A DNA stretch of 64,000 bases, taken from contig OZ316894.1 of the NCBI GenBank assembly GCA_973895155.1, positions 372,001 to 436,000 on the forward strand. Direction: 5' to 3'. Made by a program: the position numbers and the translations under genes. Below the pieces are notes generated by a model. It saw nothing but the letters and a program-made list of their open reading frames with translations, was not told the DNA's origin and did not search any database. The DNA comes from Marsupella aquatica. Taxonomy: Eukaryota > Plantae > Marchantiophyta. Of the stretch, positions 11,462-24,600 are shown piece by piece (within the stretch, counting starts at the first letter, position 1; each line of letters opens with the position of its first letter).

Positions 11462-14400
11462 GATTGAGGACTACCAAAGGAGGCAAAAAGTCTCCAGTCC
11501 TTTCACTAATCTAAAGGACTGCCAACAACCAAGATTAGCACATCTTAGGTAAAAAAGGCTTCATGACACACTTCCACAAATGTTGGGCACACTTCCAAGA
11601 GGTAAGGACTTCCAAAAAGTGTGGACACACTTCCAAAAGACTTGGCATGCAAGATCTAACCTTTCAATCTCAACTACTCAATCCTAGCCATCAAGGGATA
11701 TATGGCACATTCAGTGCTCATGGACTCCTATTAAGTGCTCATGGGGGTTTGTATGGTGCGAGGAAACAGGAGAAATTGACAGCGAGGTTAATGTTTGCTA
11801 GCGAGGTAAAACTAATGGTCAGAGTGGCAGATTGGGAGGATAGTGAGGTTTCTACAATAGAAATGAATCTTTTTTCCAGAATGGGATCATTCCATTCTAT
11901 GTCCAGCGAGGTCACTAGCCTTCAATCATTGACAAACCATATGAATATACACAAGTGAAACACCAGGCGGATATGAAAATGCATAGTGAATCAATGAACT
12001 CAGATATCAACCCGTTTTATAAGTCATGTTTCCAAAAAATGTACTGCCTCCAATATTTTGTCAAAACTGACAGTAAGTTTGAGTAAACATTGCAGAGCTA
12101 TCCTTTGATTCCCTAGAAAATCATAAGTCACTTGAATGACTTTCATCCGACTCTATATCATTCCTACTACTAGTATTGCTCTGGTCACTACTGAAATCCC
12201 GATCAGTTGACTCAGCAGACTCATCAACATATTGCTTAACAAAGCATGCCTCATCGTCAACAAAAGGCAAGCAATACAAATTTTGTTTGGCTCCACGATG
12301 TGACCTACGACCTTGCCTTCCCAAGTGACCACAAAAGCATTATCCGCCTGAATTGCCGATTTCTCTGCATAGCAAGGCAGAGTAAATGTCTTCTGAGGGG
12401 AAACAATCGAAGATTCTTCAACCTTCCTTCGAAGCCAAAATCTCTCTTCAGAAAACCAGTCGACAGGAGTATCTCTGAAATCAGGAACAAAATCAGAGCA
12501 ATATGAATGACAGATCCAATCAAAAGACAATAGCAAGCTTCACCAACCAATTGATTAAAGCAAGGGGATCTGGTATAAGCAAGAGGATCAGTACATTACT
12601 CCAGGTCAAATTCATCATCGCCATCCTTTGCATCAGGAACATTAGGAGCTCCATCTTTGTTTTTTGCACTCTTTGATCCTGCAAGAGAAAATTCATCATC
12701 TGAATCGAGGTCCTCCAATGTTTCAGTGAGGTCTTCAATTTTCTTGTGTCTCTCAAGAACACTCTTCAATGCCTTCTCCGCAGCACCATGGAGAACATCC
12801 CTGTCCTCGACCCCAACAACAAACCTCCCAGAGAGTTCTCCAGCTGAAAAAGAACTACCGTCTCCAATATTCCAATCGAGCACAATGTCTCTAGGCTTTG
12901 TGAGAAGCTCCATAAAGCCTGCATGAATCCAACAGATAATCGACAAGAACCAGAGAAAGCTAACTCTGCCCTGGTATCCCTTTTTGGATAACAAAGACTC
13001 AACATCGTCTTATGTGATGCATCTTCAGACGTTGCCAGAGGGACATACTTCGGGTCCTTTGGGATCTTCCCATTGAATTCAACTCGGCAAAAGACATCCA
13101 GGCTTAAGTTGCAAACCTGGAAAAAACAAAAAAAAATGTCAATTCATGAATCCAGGAAGGCCAGCGAGATCGCTGTCAAAAAAGCATACTAAATCCTGTG
13201 AAATTCAGTCAAATCTCACCTCAATGTTCATGTCTGGCATCCACATCGGGGACCCCAATAAAACGTGGTACTTTCGAAGATGTTTAAATTTGTTCCTCTG
13301 TTCAACAGCTGCAAAAAATTGCTTTGTGTGGTTAAATTCTCCACTGTGGAGAACGGCCACATACCCATCATCACTCAACATTGGCCTCATCACTCCAAAG
13401 AAATAGTAAGGGAGCTTCTCAACCCAGACATTCCATTGAGGAACTTCCACATCAGTAACACGAGGCCTCAGCCCAGTCGGAAGAGCTATGAACCCCAGAT
13501 GGGCACCGGTCCCAGTGTAAGGCTTCCCGTTTATTTTTAAGGGATTCGGGTGTTCAGAAGAACTTGAAATATCTGAAAGCCATTGATCCCCCTCCCCCAT
13601 CCAAGCAGGTCGAACCTTCTTCATACTTATCGAGTCAGCCGTCAAACGAAGATTACTCTTTGCAAGGAAATGTCTTCTTCCATCCAACTAGAGTCCATAG
13701 AGCCTCGCGACACCCTCTCGGATTGACACTTCTTCCTCATCAGAATCTGACAACACTTGAACCTTTCTCTTCTTCTTCAACCTCTGGGACCCTGACTTAT
13801 CACCTCCCGGTTTAGTCACAAGTTCAAAATCGGGTGACTCAGGCTCCACATGATCCTCCGGACGACCATTATTCACAGTCTGAACACTCTCGGAACCTGA
13901 AGACTTCCTCCGTTCTGGATACAAAAAGCAATCTAAGAGCCTTAGGATATGTCATAAACTTAATGAGAAGAGCAGCTTGGGAGAGATAAGAGAAGAGAGC
14001 TTGGGAGCAATAAGAGTATATACTTACTTTTCTTTCCAGAAAGCATAGAGCCATCTCTTGATACCTCTTTGGCAGCGTCTCTCTTCAATTTCCGAGGGCG
14101 GCTCCTATCCACACTCGGTGCCACCCCGAGGCATGCCTGCTCCATCGACACACAGCCAGCAAGTTCTACTTCCGGGTTGCACAATTTAGATTCTGTTAGA
14201 CGATGGCTATAATTCATACACCAACAACACAAGGATAATCTTTTCATGAGCCAATGTGGCTTATAAGGTGTTACACATTGGATGGTTATAACTACCTTCT
14301 CCTAGTCTCATGACTCTCTATATCTAGTCCCTATATACCCCTTTGTATCACTCTATGAGTTAGGGTTAAGTGTATTCTAACACTCCCCCTTGGTTACTTC

Positions 14401-14643
14401 AATAGAATAGAGTTAATCCTAATTCAGGGTATATTAGAACTTATAAACGACATGATCTCATTAAAAACCCCCTGCTTTCTTCTTTGGGGTAAAAAGAGTA
14501 TCACTATCTTACATGTAATAAGTTCGTTAAGTTGAGGGGACTGAGTATATGCTAAGTAGTAATGTGTCATTCTACCAGGTATTACGGGTTTAGGGTGATC
14601 GTAATAATAATGCCTGAAATGGGTAGTCGAGGGCATTTAGGTA

Positions 14644-17600
14644 CTAGGGAAAATCTGAGAGTTTGCGTACTAGGCCGATTCCTGTTGAGTGTGCTTCGTG
14701 CAGGACACGAGGTAAGGGCTTCGTGAATAGATCGGCGCGATTGTCTTTGGAAGGTATCCATTGAACGTTAATCTGATCACCGTGCTGTTCATGTGTATGG
14801 AAGAATTTAGGTGCTATGTGCTTAATTCGATCTCCCTTGATAAATCCTTTAGCAATTTGGTCAACGCAGGGTCTGTTATCTTCATAGATGATTGTTGGTT
14901 TGGTGAGGACTTCTTGACCGGTGGATCCGTGGATATGGTTGATAAGTTGGCGAAGCCATAAGCATTCGCGACTAGCTTCGTATAGGGCGATTATTTCCGC
15001 ATGGTTGGAGGAAGTTGTTGTCAGTGTCTGCTTAGCACTTTTCCAGGATATTGTCGTGGATCCTTGCAGGAAGACATAGCCCGTCTGGGACTTGGCATCA
15101 TCAGGATCGGAGAGGTAACCTGCGTCAGCGAAACCAATCAGTTCATTAGGCATATCTTTAGGAAAGTAGAGGCCAGTGTCAATCGTACCTTGGAGGTAGC
15201 GCAAAATTCTCTTGATACCGTTCCAATGTCTTATCGTTGGCTGAGAGCTGTGGCGAGCCAACAAGTTGACAGTGAAGGAGATATCCGGGCGTGTCTGGCT
15301 TGCCAGGTACATCAAGGCGCCTATAGCTGAGAGGTAAGGTTTCTCTGGGCCCAAGATCGGTTCTTGTTCAGTTCTGCGCTTGTACATATCTGCGCTTGTA
15401 CATATCTTTGGATGAATCTAAGGAGCGAAGTTCCATAGGTGTTGTGACAGGGTATGACTTGTCCATATTAAATTGTTTTAACATCTTCCTGGTATATGTG
15501 GATTGGTGAATCAGAACGCCATTAGGTAAGTGTTCGAATTGAATGCCAAGGCAGAAAAGGGGTGTCCCAATATCCTTCATTGCGAAGATGCCTTTGAGTG
15601 TTGTAATTGTTTGTTCCATAAGAAGCTTAGTGCCCATAAGATTTACATCATCTACATAGATTGCTATGATAATAAATTCAGTTCCAGCTCGTTTTATGAA
15701 TAGGTAGGGAGCGATGTCCTCATTCACGAAACCAAGTGCTATCATCTCAGCACGGAAGCGCTTGTACCAAATACGGCCACTCTGTTTTAAGCCATAAATG
15801 GATCGAAGAACCTGTACAGCAAATGCTTTCGCTGGTTTTTGAGGTTTAGGTATCCTTTGATGAACGAGGTTTACCTCTGTGGGTAAACCCAGGGAATTCA
15901 ATGAAGAATTCGTTTGATGTTCACCATGAGCAATTTGCTTTTCATGTACGTTCTGATCCTCTGATAAGTGTTCAGTTATTTGTTCAGGTACCAGTGGGCC
16001 TGATTGAACAAGGTAATCCTTAAGTTCCTGTGTAGGAACAATCTTATCAATACCCGACTGTATGTCCGGGGATAGAGTAGTTTGATGCTCCCCCTTAATG
16101 TGGAAGGTTACTCTTTGAATTAGCTCGGGTGGAGCTTTCATATGGATATCAGTGTCGAGTATGCCATAAAGGTAAGCGGTAACAACGTCCATAAGGTGCA
16201 TTAGGAGTTTGTGTAAGAGCGAAGGCAATCAAAAATCTGTAAGTGATAGAGTCCATAACCGGGGAATGAGTCAAGTCATAGTATTTTCCATAGATTTGTG
16301 TATAGCCTCTAGCAACAAGTCGGGCTTTATAGCGGACTACTTTGCCTGCTGCATTTCGTTTACGTACTAGTGTAATTCTGTATCCTGTGAGATGTTGTTC
16401 AGCACGTACAATTCGAATCTGTCCAAATACTTGGCGGCTTATGAGTGAGTCGAGCTCGGAGTTAATGGCAGAGTCCCATTTAGGCCAATCGGGACGTTGT
16501 TGGGCTTCTTTAATATTCCGGGGATCTGGTAAGTCACTGGATATATCTTGGGAGATAAGGAAGGCAAAATGTTCGTCAGGTTCAGTTATATCTCTAGGCC
16601 ATAAGTGCCCGATATGCATGTAATGTATTGATATTTCTTCGTTATCGACCAGTGTAGTTCCTGGTGAACGTAAGTAGAGTTGTGTTGATACAGGTTTCTT
16701 CTGTCGTGATCTGGAGTCTTTGGATCCAGGGGGTCTGCATCTCTTTGCCTTGGGGGCATGGTCTGTGGCTCGGGTATCAGGCATGGAAATTCTGGCAGGG
16801 ACGTTAGCTGCTTCTATATGGGATTTCGTGGCAGCAGCAGCATCATTAAAGGCGTCTGGTATTTTTTCCATGTTTCGGTGAAGATTCAGTATGCGCTTTA
16901 CTTTGTCATTTGTGAGTTGTGTACGGGGGTCATTCCAGAATGGGTCCTCAGTTGTCCATTCTAACGTAGGGGTTAGAGTGTTCTGTTTGTAGAGTTGTGC
17001 AGGGGTAAGGAGTGGGGGAAAAATATCCTCACAGAATTTACAATCCTGGTATCTAGCTCGGAACACATCAGCTGTAGTTGGTTCGAGGTACCTGACGATT
17101 GAAGGAGAGTCGAATCCCACATAGATGTCGCGTTGCCGCTGTGGTCCCATTTTAGTATGTTTAGGGCCCAGAATTGGGACGAGAACAAGACAGCCAAACA
17201 TTTTCAGGTGTGTAACGTCTGGTGTAGATCCATATGCTAGCTGATGTGGTGTGTAAGTGTTGAAGGCCGATGGTCTGTATCTTAATAATGCGGCACCGTG
17301 GAGTACAACATGTCCCCAAGCTATAAGTGGCAATTGTGTCTGTAATAATATAGGTCTTGAGATAAGTTGTATACGTTTGATCATTGCTTCTGCAGCGCCA
17401 TTTTGGAAATGTACATATGGTACCGAGTATTGAATGGTGATACCCAGGGCTTGGCAGAAATCGTCGAAGGCAGGTGATGTGAATTCACCAGCATTGTCGA
17501 TTCTTATTGTCTTGATAGCTGAGTCAGGGAATTGAGTTCTTAGGCGTATAATCTGAGTTAGTAGGCGAGAAAATACCAGATTTCGGGTGGGATTAGTGAG

Positions 17601-19327
17601 ACCGAGGACCATTTCGTGGATGAGCATATCATCACTAGAAAGAACCGAAATGGTCCACTTGGTGGGTCTATTGGGCCGCAGACATCCACGTTTAGTTGTG
17701 AGAGGAAATCAGGTATGTGGTAGGTGTTTTTAGTGGTGGCAGGCATTGTAATCAATTTGCCTTGTGCACATGGGATGCATGTCTCATGTTTAGATGATGG
17801 ATGGACTCCTTGGGGAATGCCCGTGGTGTTCTTGAGGATTTTGTGGTACATTCCTGGGCCAGGGTGGCCAAGGCGGAAGTGCCATAGTTCTGTGGGTGAT
17901 AAGGGTTGGGCCTGTGAATGATAAGCTGTAATTTTGGTGGCGTATACTCCAGGGGGAAGAAGTGGTGAGGTCTCTAGTATGATTGGGCCAATATCAGTTT
18001 CCTGAAAGATCTGCAAAGCATCTACTTGGTGGTCAGGTGCAGAGCGAATGTGGAGGTTGTTTTGGCGAATATCGTGGAAGCTGAGTAGATTTCTGGTTGC
18101 AAATGGGGCGTAGATGGCAGATTGGATTTGAATAATTGTGCCATTTGGGAGGGTGAGTTCAGCGGGTCCGTGTCCTTCCTCTAATTGGTTTATACCTGTA
18201 ATGGTGGTCACAAGTCTATTGGATGGGGATATGTACTGAAAGTATTGTTTATCTTTTAATATTGTGTGAGAGGTGCCACTGTCAAGGATGCAGGTATAGG
18301 TGTCGGAGGGTGAGTTGGGGTTCTTTCCCTGTAATACCATGTGTATCTCTGGTGGGGGCGTTGCAAGTGTGTATTGTGAGAGGTCTTCATCAATCTCAAG
18401 ATGGTTTGCAGCTATGGCCGTGTTCGTGGTTTGTAGAGAGGCCTGGTATAGTTTGACCAGGTGGGATTGGGCTTTACAGTTCTTTCTGATATGACCAGGT
18501 CCGCCGCAACGGAAACACTTAGCCTGATTCTTTGTGGGTGTGATGTGTGCAGGTATGTTTTGAGTATAATTTGGCTTGCGTTGCCAAGGATTTGTGGTTG
18601 GCTGTGTGGTGCCGTTGTCCGTGCGTGCTTGGCGTCTCCAATTAAATATTTTGAAGCAGCCCGTATTTCTTCTAAGAGGGCCATTGTTGCCTTTGTAAGA
18701 GGGATTACCTCTGTTGGTACTCGTGAATTGGGTTTCAGTCCTGGGTAGCATACCTGGTGGTCTTTCTCGGGAGTTCTTAAGGAGAAGGAGATCGTTCTTC
18801 TCAGCCAGGAGCATAACTGCAATTAGATCAGAGAATTGGGTGAAGTGGCGTTGTCGGTAGATCTGTGACAATTGCATATTCGTTGCAGAGAATGTGGAGA
18901 GTGTTTTTTCGATCTTGGCTGCCTTGTTGATGGGTTCTCCACATGTTGCGAGTTGAGCAGTTATACGGAAGAGGGCACTGTTGTATTTTGCGATAGTTGG
19001 GTAATCTAGGACTCTTAGATGAATCCATTCGTTGCGAGCGGCTGGAAGGGAGATTAGGCAGAGGTGATCGAACCTCAATTTTAGAGCATCCCAGAGGGCT
19101 CTCGGGTTATACTCTGTGAGGTATTCAAGTTGTAAATCAGCGTCTAGGTGATGGCGGATAATGTACAGGGCCTGGGCCTTCTCTTGTAATGTTCCATAAT
19201 TGTCCCCCAATAAAATATCACCGAGGCCTTTCATGTTGAGAACAATTTCGGCATTCTGTGCCCAAGATAAGTAATTCTCGCCGTCTATTACGAGTGACGG
19301 GAATTGGAGCTTCTCCAAAGTTGTCAT
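14644..19327 (-). pseudogene. pol: copia gag-pol (gag, CCHC, protease ILDSGT, integrase, RT YVDD, RNase H) in four frameshifted ORFs
   Basis: ORFs 17558-19327, 16149-17627, 15368-16228 and 14644-15387. The last frameshift is a 16-bp tandem duplication TGCGCTTGTACATATC at 15375-15406. Confidence 0.93.
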
Positions 19328-19483
19328 TGTCAGGTTAATTGAAGTCTAGTAGCCCTGGGGAATTGGTCGTGGTCTGTGTAAATCAGGGTGCGGGCGGTAA
19401 AGAATTGTCGATGACAATTGGAAGTTATCAAAGAGAGAAAGAGGGAAAAAAACATAAGCTCGAGAAGATTGAAGGGCATAAAA

Positions 19484-19496
19484 CGTGCTAATAACG
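19484..19496 (-). promoter_or_regulatory. half-tRNA-Ile primer binding site
   Basis: The plus strand CGTGCTAATAACG matches the tRNA-Ile(AAU) anticodon arm and abuts the 5' LTR, which is the priming mode known for Bianca elements. Confidence 0.8.
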
Positions 19497-21167
19497 TGTT
19501 AGACGATGGCTTTAATTCATACACCAACAACACAAGGATAATCTTTTCATGAGCCAATGTGGCTTATAAGGTGTTACACATTGGATGGTTATAACTACCT
19601 TCTCCTAGTCTCATGACTCTCTATATCTAGTCCCTATATACCCCTTTGTATCACTCTATGAGTTAGGGTTAAGTGTATTCTAACAGATTCACTAATAAAA
19701 AATTCTGGGACCAAGCCACGATTGATCTTTTGAAGCGCAGCTTTCTCTGTGACATCCAATGTCAGTGACCAATTCTCCAAATCTAAATACCAGGGACAAT
19801 GCAGCACCTCCCATTCACTTATCTTCCGCAAGGGTTCAATGTCCTCAATAGGGTACATCGAGTACTCCCCAAACTTCTCACAACTGGAATCATCTCTTGC
19901 ATATTGAGCCCATTGAGAGAAACATGCCGGGTAACACCACCAAAACGATCTATTTGCCACCTCACGATCCACAAAAAACCTATAAACATACCTTTTTGCC
20001 CTCCGACGGAAAGAAACAATGTCAATCTTTTCCCCAACTTTTGGGGTCCAAATGCTCTTGAAGAACCTTACCTTAACCCGCTGCAGGAAATCTTCTAATT
20101 CATCATCAATTTCAGCAAGGAGGGATGCCTGACTATTCTCCGGGGAAGAAAGAATTCTAGATTCAGGGACAGTGAGAATAATCTCAGATATTGCTTCACT
20201 TAGTAAGCACCTCGCAATGGACTCTACCTGTTCCCATGTTGCCCATCGATGCAACCAGAGCTTGGTCTCACTATCCGAAAATTGAGATGGATGAAAATAT
20301 TGTTTATGCAACTCTGGTCTGCACTGTGCTTCGAGAAGAGTGCAACGGAGTTGTGGACTCAAAGAAGTTACCCCGGTGAAAAGCCTTGCACAATCAAGGC
20401 CACATGAAACATTCCCTCTCCCCTTATCATCCGTCCGCTGAGCTTCCTTCCTTTCTTTCTCACAATAATTATGCATCTCAACACATTTCTTGAAGAAATC
20501 CCCAAAGTCTGGATTCAGGAGCGGGGCAAACTTTGGAACTTTGACATTCCAGTCGGAGAGTTGCTCCTTCATCATATCTTGAACTGCAATGTCTTTTGCA
20601 GCTTTCGACAGAGGTTCGCCCAATTCCTCCTTTAGTGCAAACTTCTTTAACAAGTCAGCAGTTTGCGAAGCTATATTTGCAGCAGAAAGAATATAAATGC
20701 ATGCATCTAAGGTCATATGCTTCGAATACCACGACGACTTCTTTACGTTTTGCGTCTTCTGCTGAAATAACTTGAAATTTTCTGGATCAATTAAATCCTT
20801 GTAAACTGAAAGGTCCGTGCTCAGGATCTTCTTGACCCGATCAACTTCCAACACCCATGAATTCTCGACATGGCATTGTGTCAACCTGACAATGAGTATA
20901 TATTTCAGCAATCGGCAAGAACAAATTGTGCCCAAAAATGAAGCAAAAAGATCAAATGTGTCCAGGCTCTTCTCACCGGTTGAGAGCATGCATCGCAGAT
21001 TCAATCTGCACGAAAGTATCCTTCTCTCCTTTGAAAATCTTCGAGACAACTCGAGGATGATACTTCACATCGTGAGGATTCTCAACAGCAAGTAGGTTCC
21101 ACGAATAGAGACGGTGATTGCCATCGAAGGGTATAACCACCGTGCTAGCAAATAGTAAATAGATATT

Positions 21168-21320
21168 CTCATACGAGCCAATTTTGCCTCGTACAAGCAA
21201 AATTTTGTCTCGTACGAGTAAATAAGTTCCTCGTATGAGCATATCTATTTACTCGTACGAGTTTCTGTTTTCTTGTATGAGTTTCTGTTTTCTTGTATGA
21301 GTATTTTTTTTTCTTGTATG
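21168..21320. repeat. left subterminal ~20-21 bp tandem array with palindromic core CTCGTACGAG
   Basis: About 8 units with cores such as ctcatacgag, ctcgtacaag, ctcgtacgag, ctcgtatgag and cttgtatgag. Confidence 0.85.
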
Positions 21321-21600
21321 CATTTTAGTTTCTTCTCTTCACGGTATGTAGCGTCCATATATGCAATAATTGTGCAGACAATATTATGGCGGGTCCCACC
21401 ATTGTACAACATCAGAGGAAATTTCTTGACGATTTCACACAAGGACTCCAATATATTGCCACGAAATATGAAGTCGAAACAAAGTCATACAATACTAGCG
21501 CCATTGTATTATACAAAAAAACAACACTTTAAGAACTCACACTTCTGCCCGTTAGAAAAGACAAACTACAATTGTAGCTATTCAACGATAAAGCAACAGT

Positions 21601-24600
21601 CTACGTTCTCGTTCCCAACTGCCTATCAAGTATGTAACGGACTTCTCCCAACGTTAGAATTGGCTGGCTACATAATGTCGAATCGAGCACATCCAGTTTG
21701 AACACATTCTTGAACACCCAATACACATGTTTGCAAGGCATGTAAGGCTTCCGATAAGTATGCCGACGGTAGAAATCCTTGCAAGAGCAACATGGGAAAC
21801 AACATATCTGAACCCAATAAGAGGCGACTGATCTCTCATGTTCATGGGTCCGGATACAAAACTGTTTCCCCGACGCATTTCCACTCGTGATCTCTCTCTG
21901 TCCAATGACGCTCATCACTTCTTTTTCAGAGGCTTCAATTCTCTTCAAATGTGTTTGGGTAAGATGCACTCTTTGCAAGCATTTCTTCCCGTTCCTTGAA
22001 GCGCATCTCACAAATGGGTCAGTTAGGTTGATCCTCTCCGGGAAAAGATTGACATCAATCCGTAACGCAGAAGGCAACGGTGCTTCGATTTCATCTCCAC
22101 GGCCTTCAGAGAGAATAAGTCCTTGTTCTTTCAAAAATTGAATCTCTGCTCCAGAAAGATTGGTCCCTCTGGCAATTGGGAGATGTGAAGGAACATTGGG
22201 AATGTTCGAGACTCCTCTCCTTGTTGTGCTTCGGTGACAGCGGTTGTTGGGGCAAAACCATATCTGATCGTTATAAGGTTGCCCCCTGAACATTCTGCAT
22301 CCTCTCACGGAAATTGCAACAACACCATCTGGATTCGGAAGGCCAACCTTCTTTACTCGATTTTGACATTCATCACGACTACCTCCCCGTCCAAGGGTTC
22401 TGTTACACACTGGACCCGCACCCCGTCTTGAGGTCCGATGCAACTGCCAGGCACCGGGAGGTACTTCACTTTCCATTGGGGAAACTGAATGACAATATGC
22501 AATCTCGACAGGTCTTGCAGGCGTCACTGGTGGGACAGAGGATCTCGTTGCTCGAGGCGTAGGTGTGTCAATGACCACAACTTCCTCAGAAGCATCGCTT
22601 TCTGACAAATTATGGACCGCATCAATTCCACCGACTGAAGGCGTAGAAGGCATTTTCTCAAAATCAGTGGAATGTAGGTTTCTCCTTTTCAAACCTTTTG
22701 TATTTGGTGAAGTAACAAGGATGGTATCATGCCTGTGCGAGTCTTCTGCCGAGACGTTCCCAGTTGCATGTCCTTTTCGTTTCACCATTCGAGTTACAAC
22801 ATCACCATTCAATGGAACGCTTCTTTCCAAATCAAACTCAACAGCGTTCGACAGGAGGAGATTGGTGGCTTCCTCAAAGAGACGCGGCGACCCCGCCAGG
22901 TCCGCCGATCAGAAGGCAAGCTCAAAAATAGTTGGGCCAATTCCTCTGCTCAATCCCCTTTTGTATGCAGTATAAGTAGCAATTTGAGCAACCGCTCTAT
23001 TTTGGTCCGTTTTGCATCCTTCAAACAGACCAACCTTTTTTTCTGTTGCCATGCTTTCATTCCAGCATGCCTAGATTCCGAACCAGTACAATTAGGAATC
23101 ATCCCAGCCTCTTCGGCACTCTTGCTCTGAAACATTGCACGCAAGGGTCTAGTACATGTAAGAAATTGCACACAAAAGTGGCAAATGGCAATAACAGTAG
23201 CGCCAGACGCTAATAAACTGATGATGATATTTCCATGTAAAGAACCATTTAACACAGAATAAAGGCAGTCCTTACATCACGCATAGTCCAAACGGATTAT
23301 TAGCGCTCGGCGCTACTATTGTGGAATAAGGAACTCTTCTATCTCACACATGGTTCACTAGCGCCGAGCGCTATTAATGGGAACATGCATCCTAGAGCAG
23401 TGTATAACTCACCAGTCTTATGAAGTTCCCCCATTGTCTCCATCGGACAACCCACCAAGACAGCCATCCTTGCAGCATCCGAAGTTTGCCTGAGTGACAA
23501 TTGCCAGACCTCCACCAGTCATCGATTTCCCTCGAGATTCGATATGCTTTCAAGAAAGTTGGCGCATTCCGAAGACGATCCCACATCTCCTTGTGTTCTC
23601 CGTGCTTTCCATCTTTTACACCTTCTCAAGAATGACGATGAAAAGATTGGAAAAAATGAAAGGCATCTGATCTTTCTCGCTCTGGGTCGGGTACATCGTC
23701 AAAGAACACGTTTCGAACAGCATTCCAACCAGCCTGAGCATTGTCCGCCATGAATCCCCGAATTGTAACATCTTGTAAACCATTTTCATCGGCAACCTCT
23801 AACATCAAACGCCAGGCTCTCTCTAGAGATTTTGCATCTTCGGCCTTTAGCTCACAAGTGAATATGGTGCAAAGTGCCCGGTAATGATGATCATATACAT
23901 GGGCACTGAAAGTAAGCCAAACTGCCGTGCTTCGATGCATGACGTCAAAACTTACCCATGAACCCTCTAACGACCCACCAGGTTTCATTCTTTGGAGCAG
24001 GTCTAGACCACTCCCGTCACCTTTTACGGTCATTTTAAAGATATGAGCACTCTCGTCCCAACAGCCTTGACCAGGGAGCAAGAACCTATGAAGAAAAGGC
24101 AGTTGGATACACTTTTGCATCCTCACAAGAAATTCCAGTTCCCCTTTCCCCTTCTGATCTTGACGGACACTCCTCAAGACGGATGCAAACTTCTGAGGAG
24201 ATGCGACGACCATCAGGGACTCCCAGATTTCCTTCTCTTCTTCAAGAGAGATTTCTTCAACAGAGGCCTCGCAAAATGTATTCGTCAGTGTCTCAGTCGC
24301 AGAGTTTTTAATCCCTGCTGGGGATGCCATGGGGTTTGCAGTGAATCCCTTCTCCAGATGAGACCTTGCAACCTTTTCTGCCTCCCTCAAAAAGACCCGT
24401 CGACTGGGATGATTGTGAAATCCCATATGAACAGCTAGTCGCGACATGTGGGCCAAAGACTTCACGTCAACTTTTGCAGATGGATACATGTAGAACATTA
24501 GAGCAGGGCAGGCCTCAACGCACATCGGAGGTTCGGAGCAATGGTGACAAACAACTCCACCTTCGGAGATCAATTCCCCAACTTGGAATGGGCCCGAAAG

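Larger units (their letters stand above)
14194..19685 (-). mobile_element. full-length Ty1/copia retrotransposon, Bianca lineage, recent insertion
   Basis: 189-bp LTRs at 14194-14382 and 19497-19685 (TG..CA; I see one mismatch). TSD GATTC at 14189-14193 and 19686-19690. PPT at 14383-14393. Bianca-type gag (FPSLVIDGENYLSW..IRHHL..EYL..EKTLSTF). Confidence 0.95.
12121..21119 (-). pseudogene. ParB-like / amino-MTase-like cargo gene of the outer element, 3' part (split by the copia)
   Basis: Begins NHRLYSWNLLAVENPHDVKYHPRV. GT-AG introns at about 20886-20976 and 13117-13219. Middle domain in 19686-20885. MTase-like segments AHLGFIALPTG..LSDDGYVAVLH (13205-13687) and TKPRDIVLDWNIGDGSSFSAGELSGRFVVGVE (12596-12994). 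Colinear with the gene at 27741-35880. Confidence 0.85.

Noticed and set aside
11563-11720. CACACTTCCA repeats and GGGATATATGGCAC as the left end of the outer element
   Set aside because: No matching right terminus or TSD is visible in the window, so the boundary cannot be supported.
19634-21049. 471-aa ORF as a standalone gene
   Set aside because: It is an exon of the outer ParB-MTase-like gene read through an intron at one end and into the copia LTR at the other.
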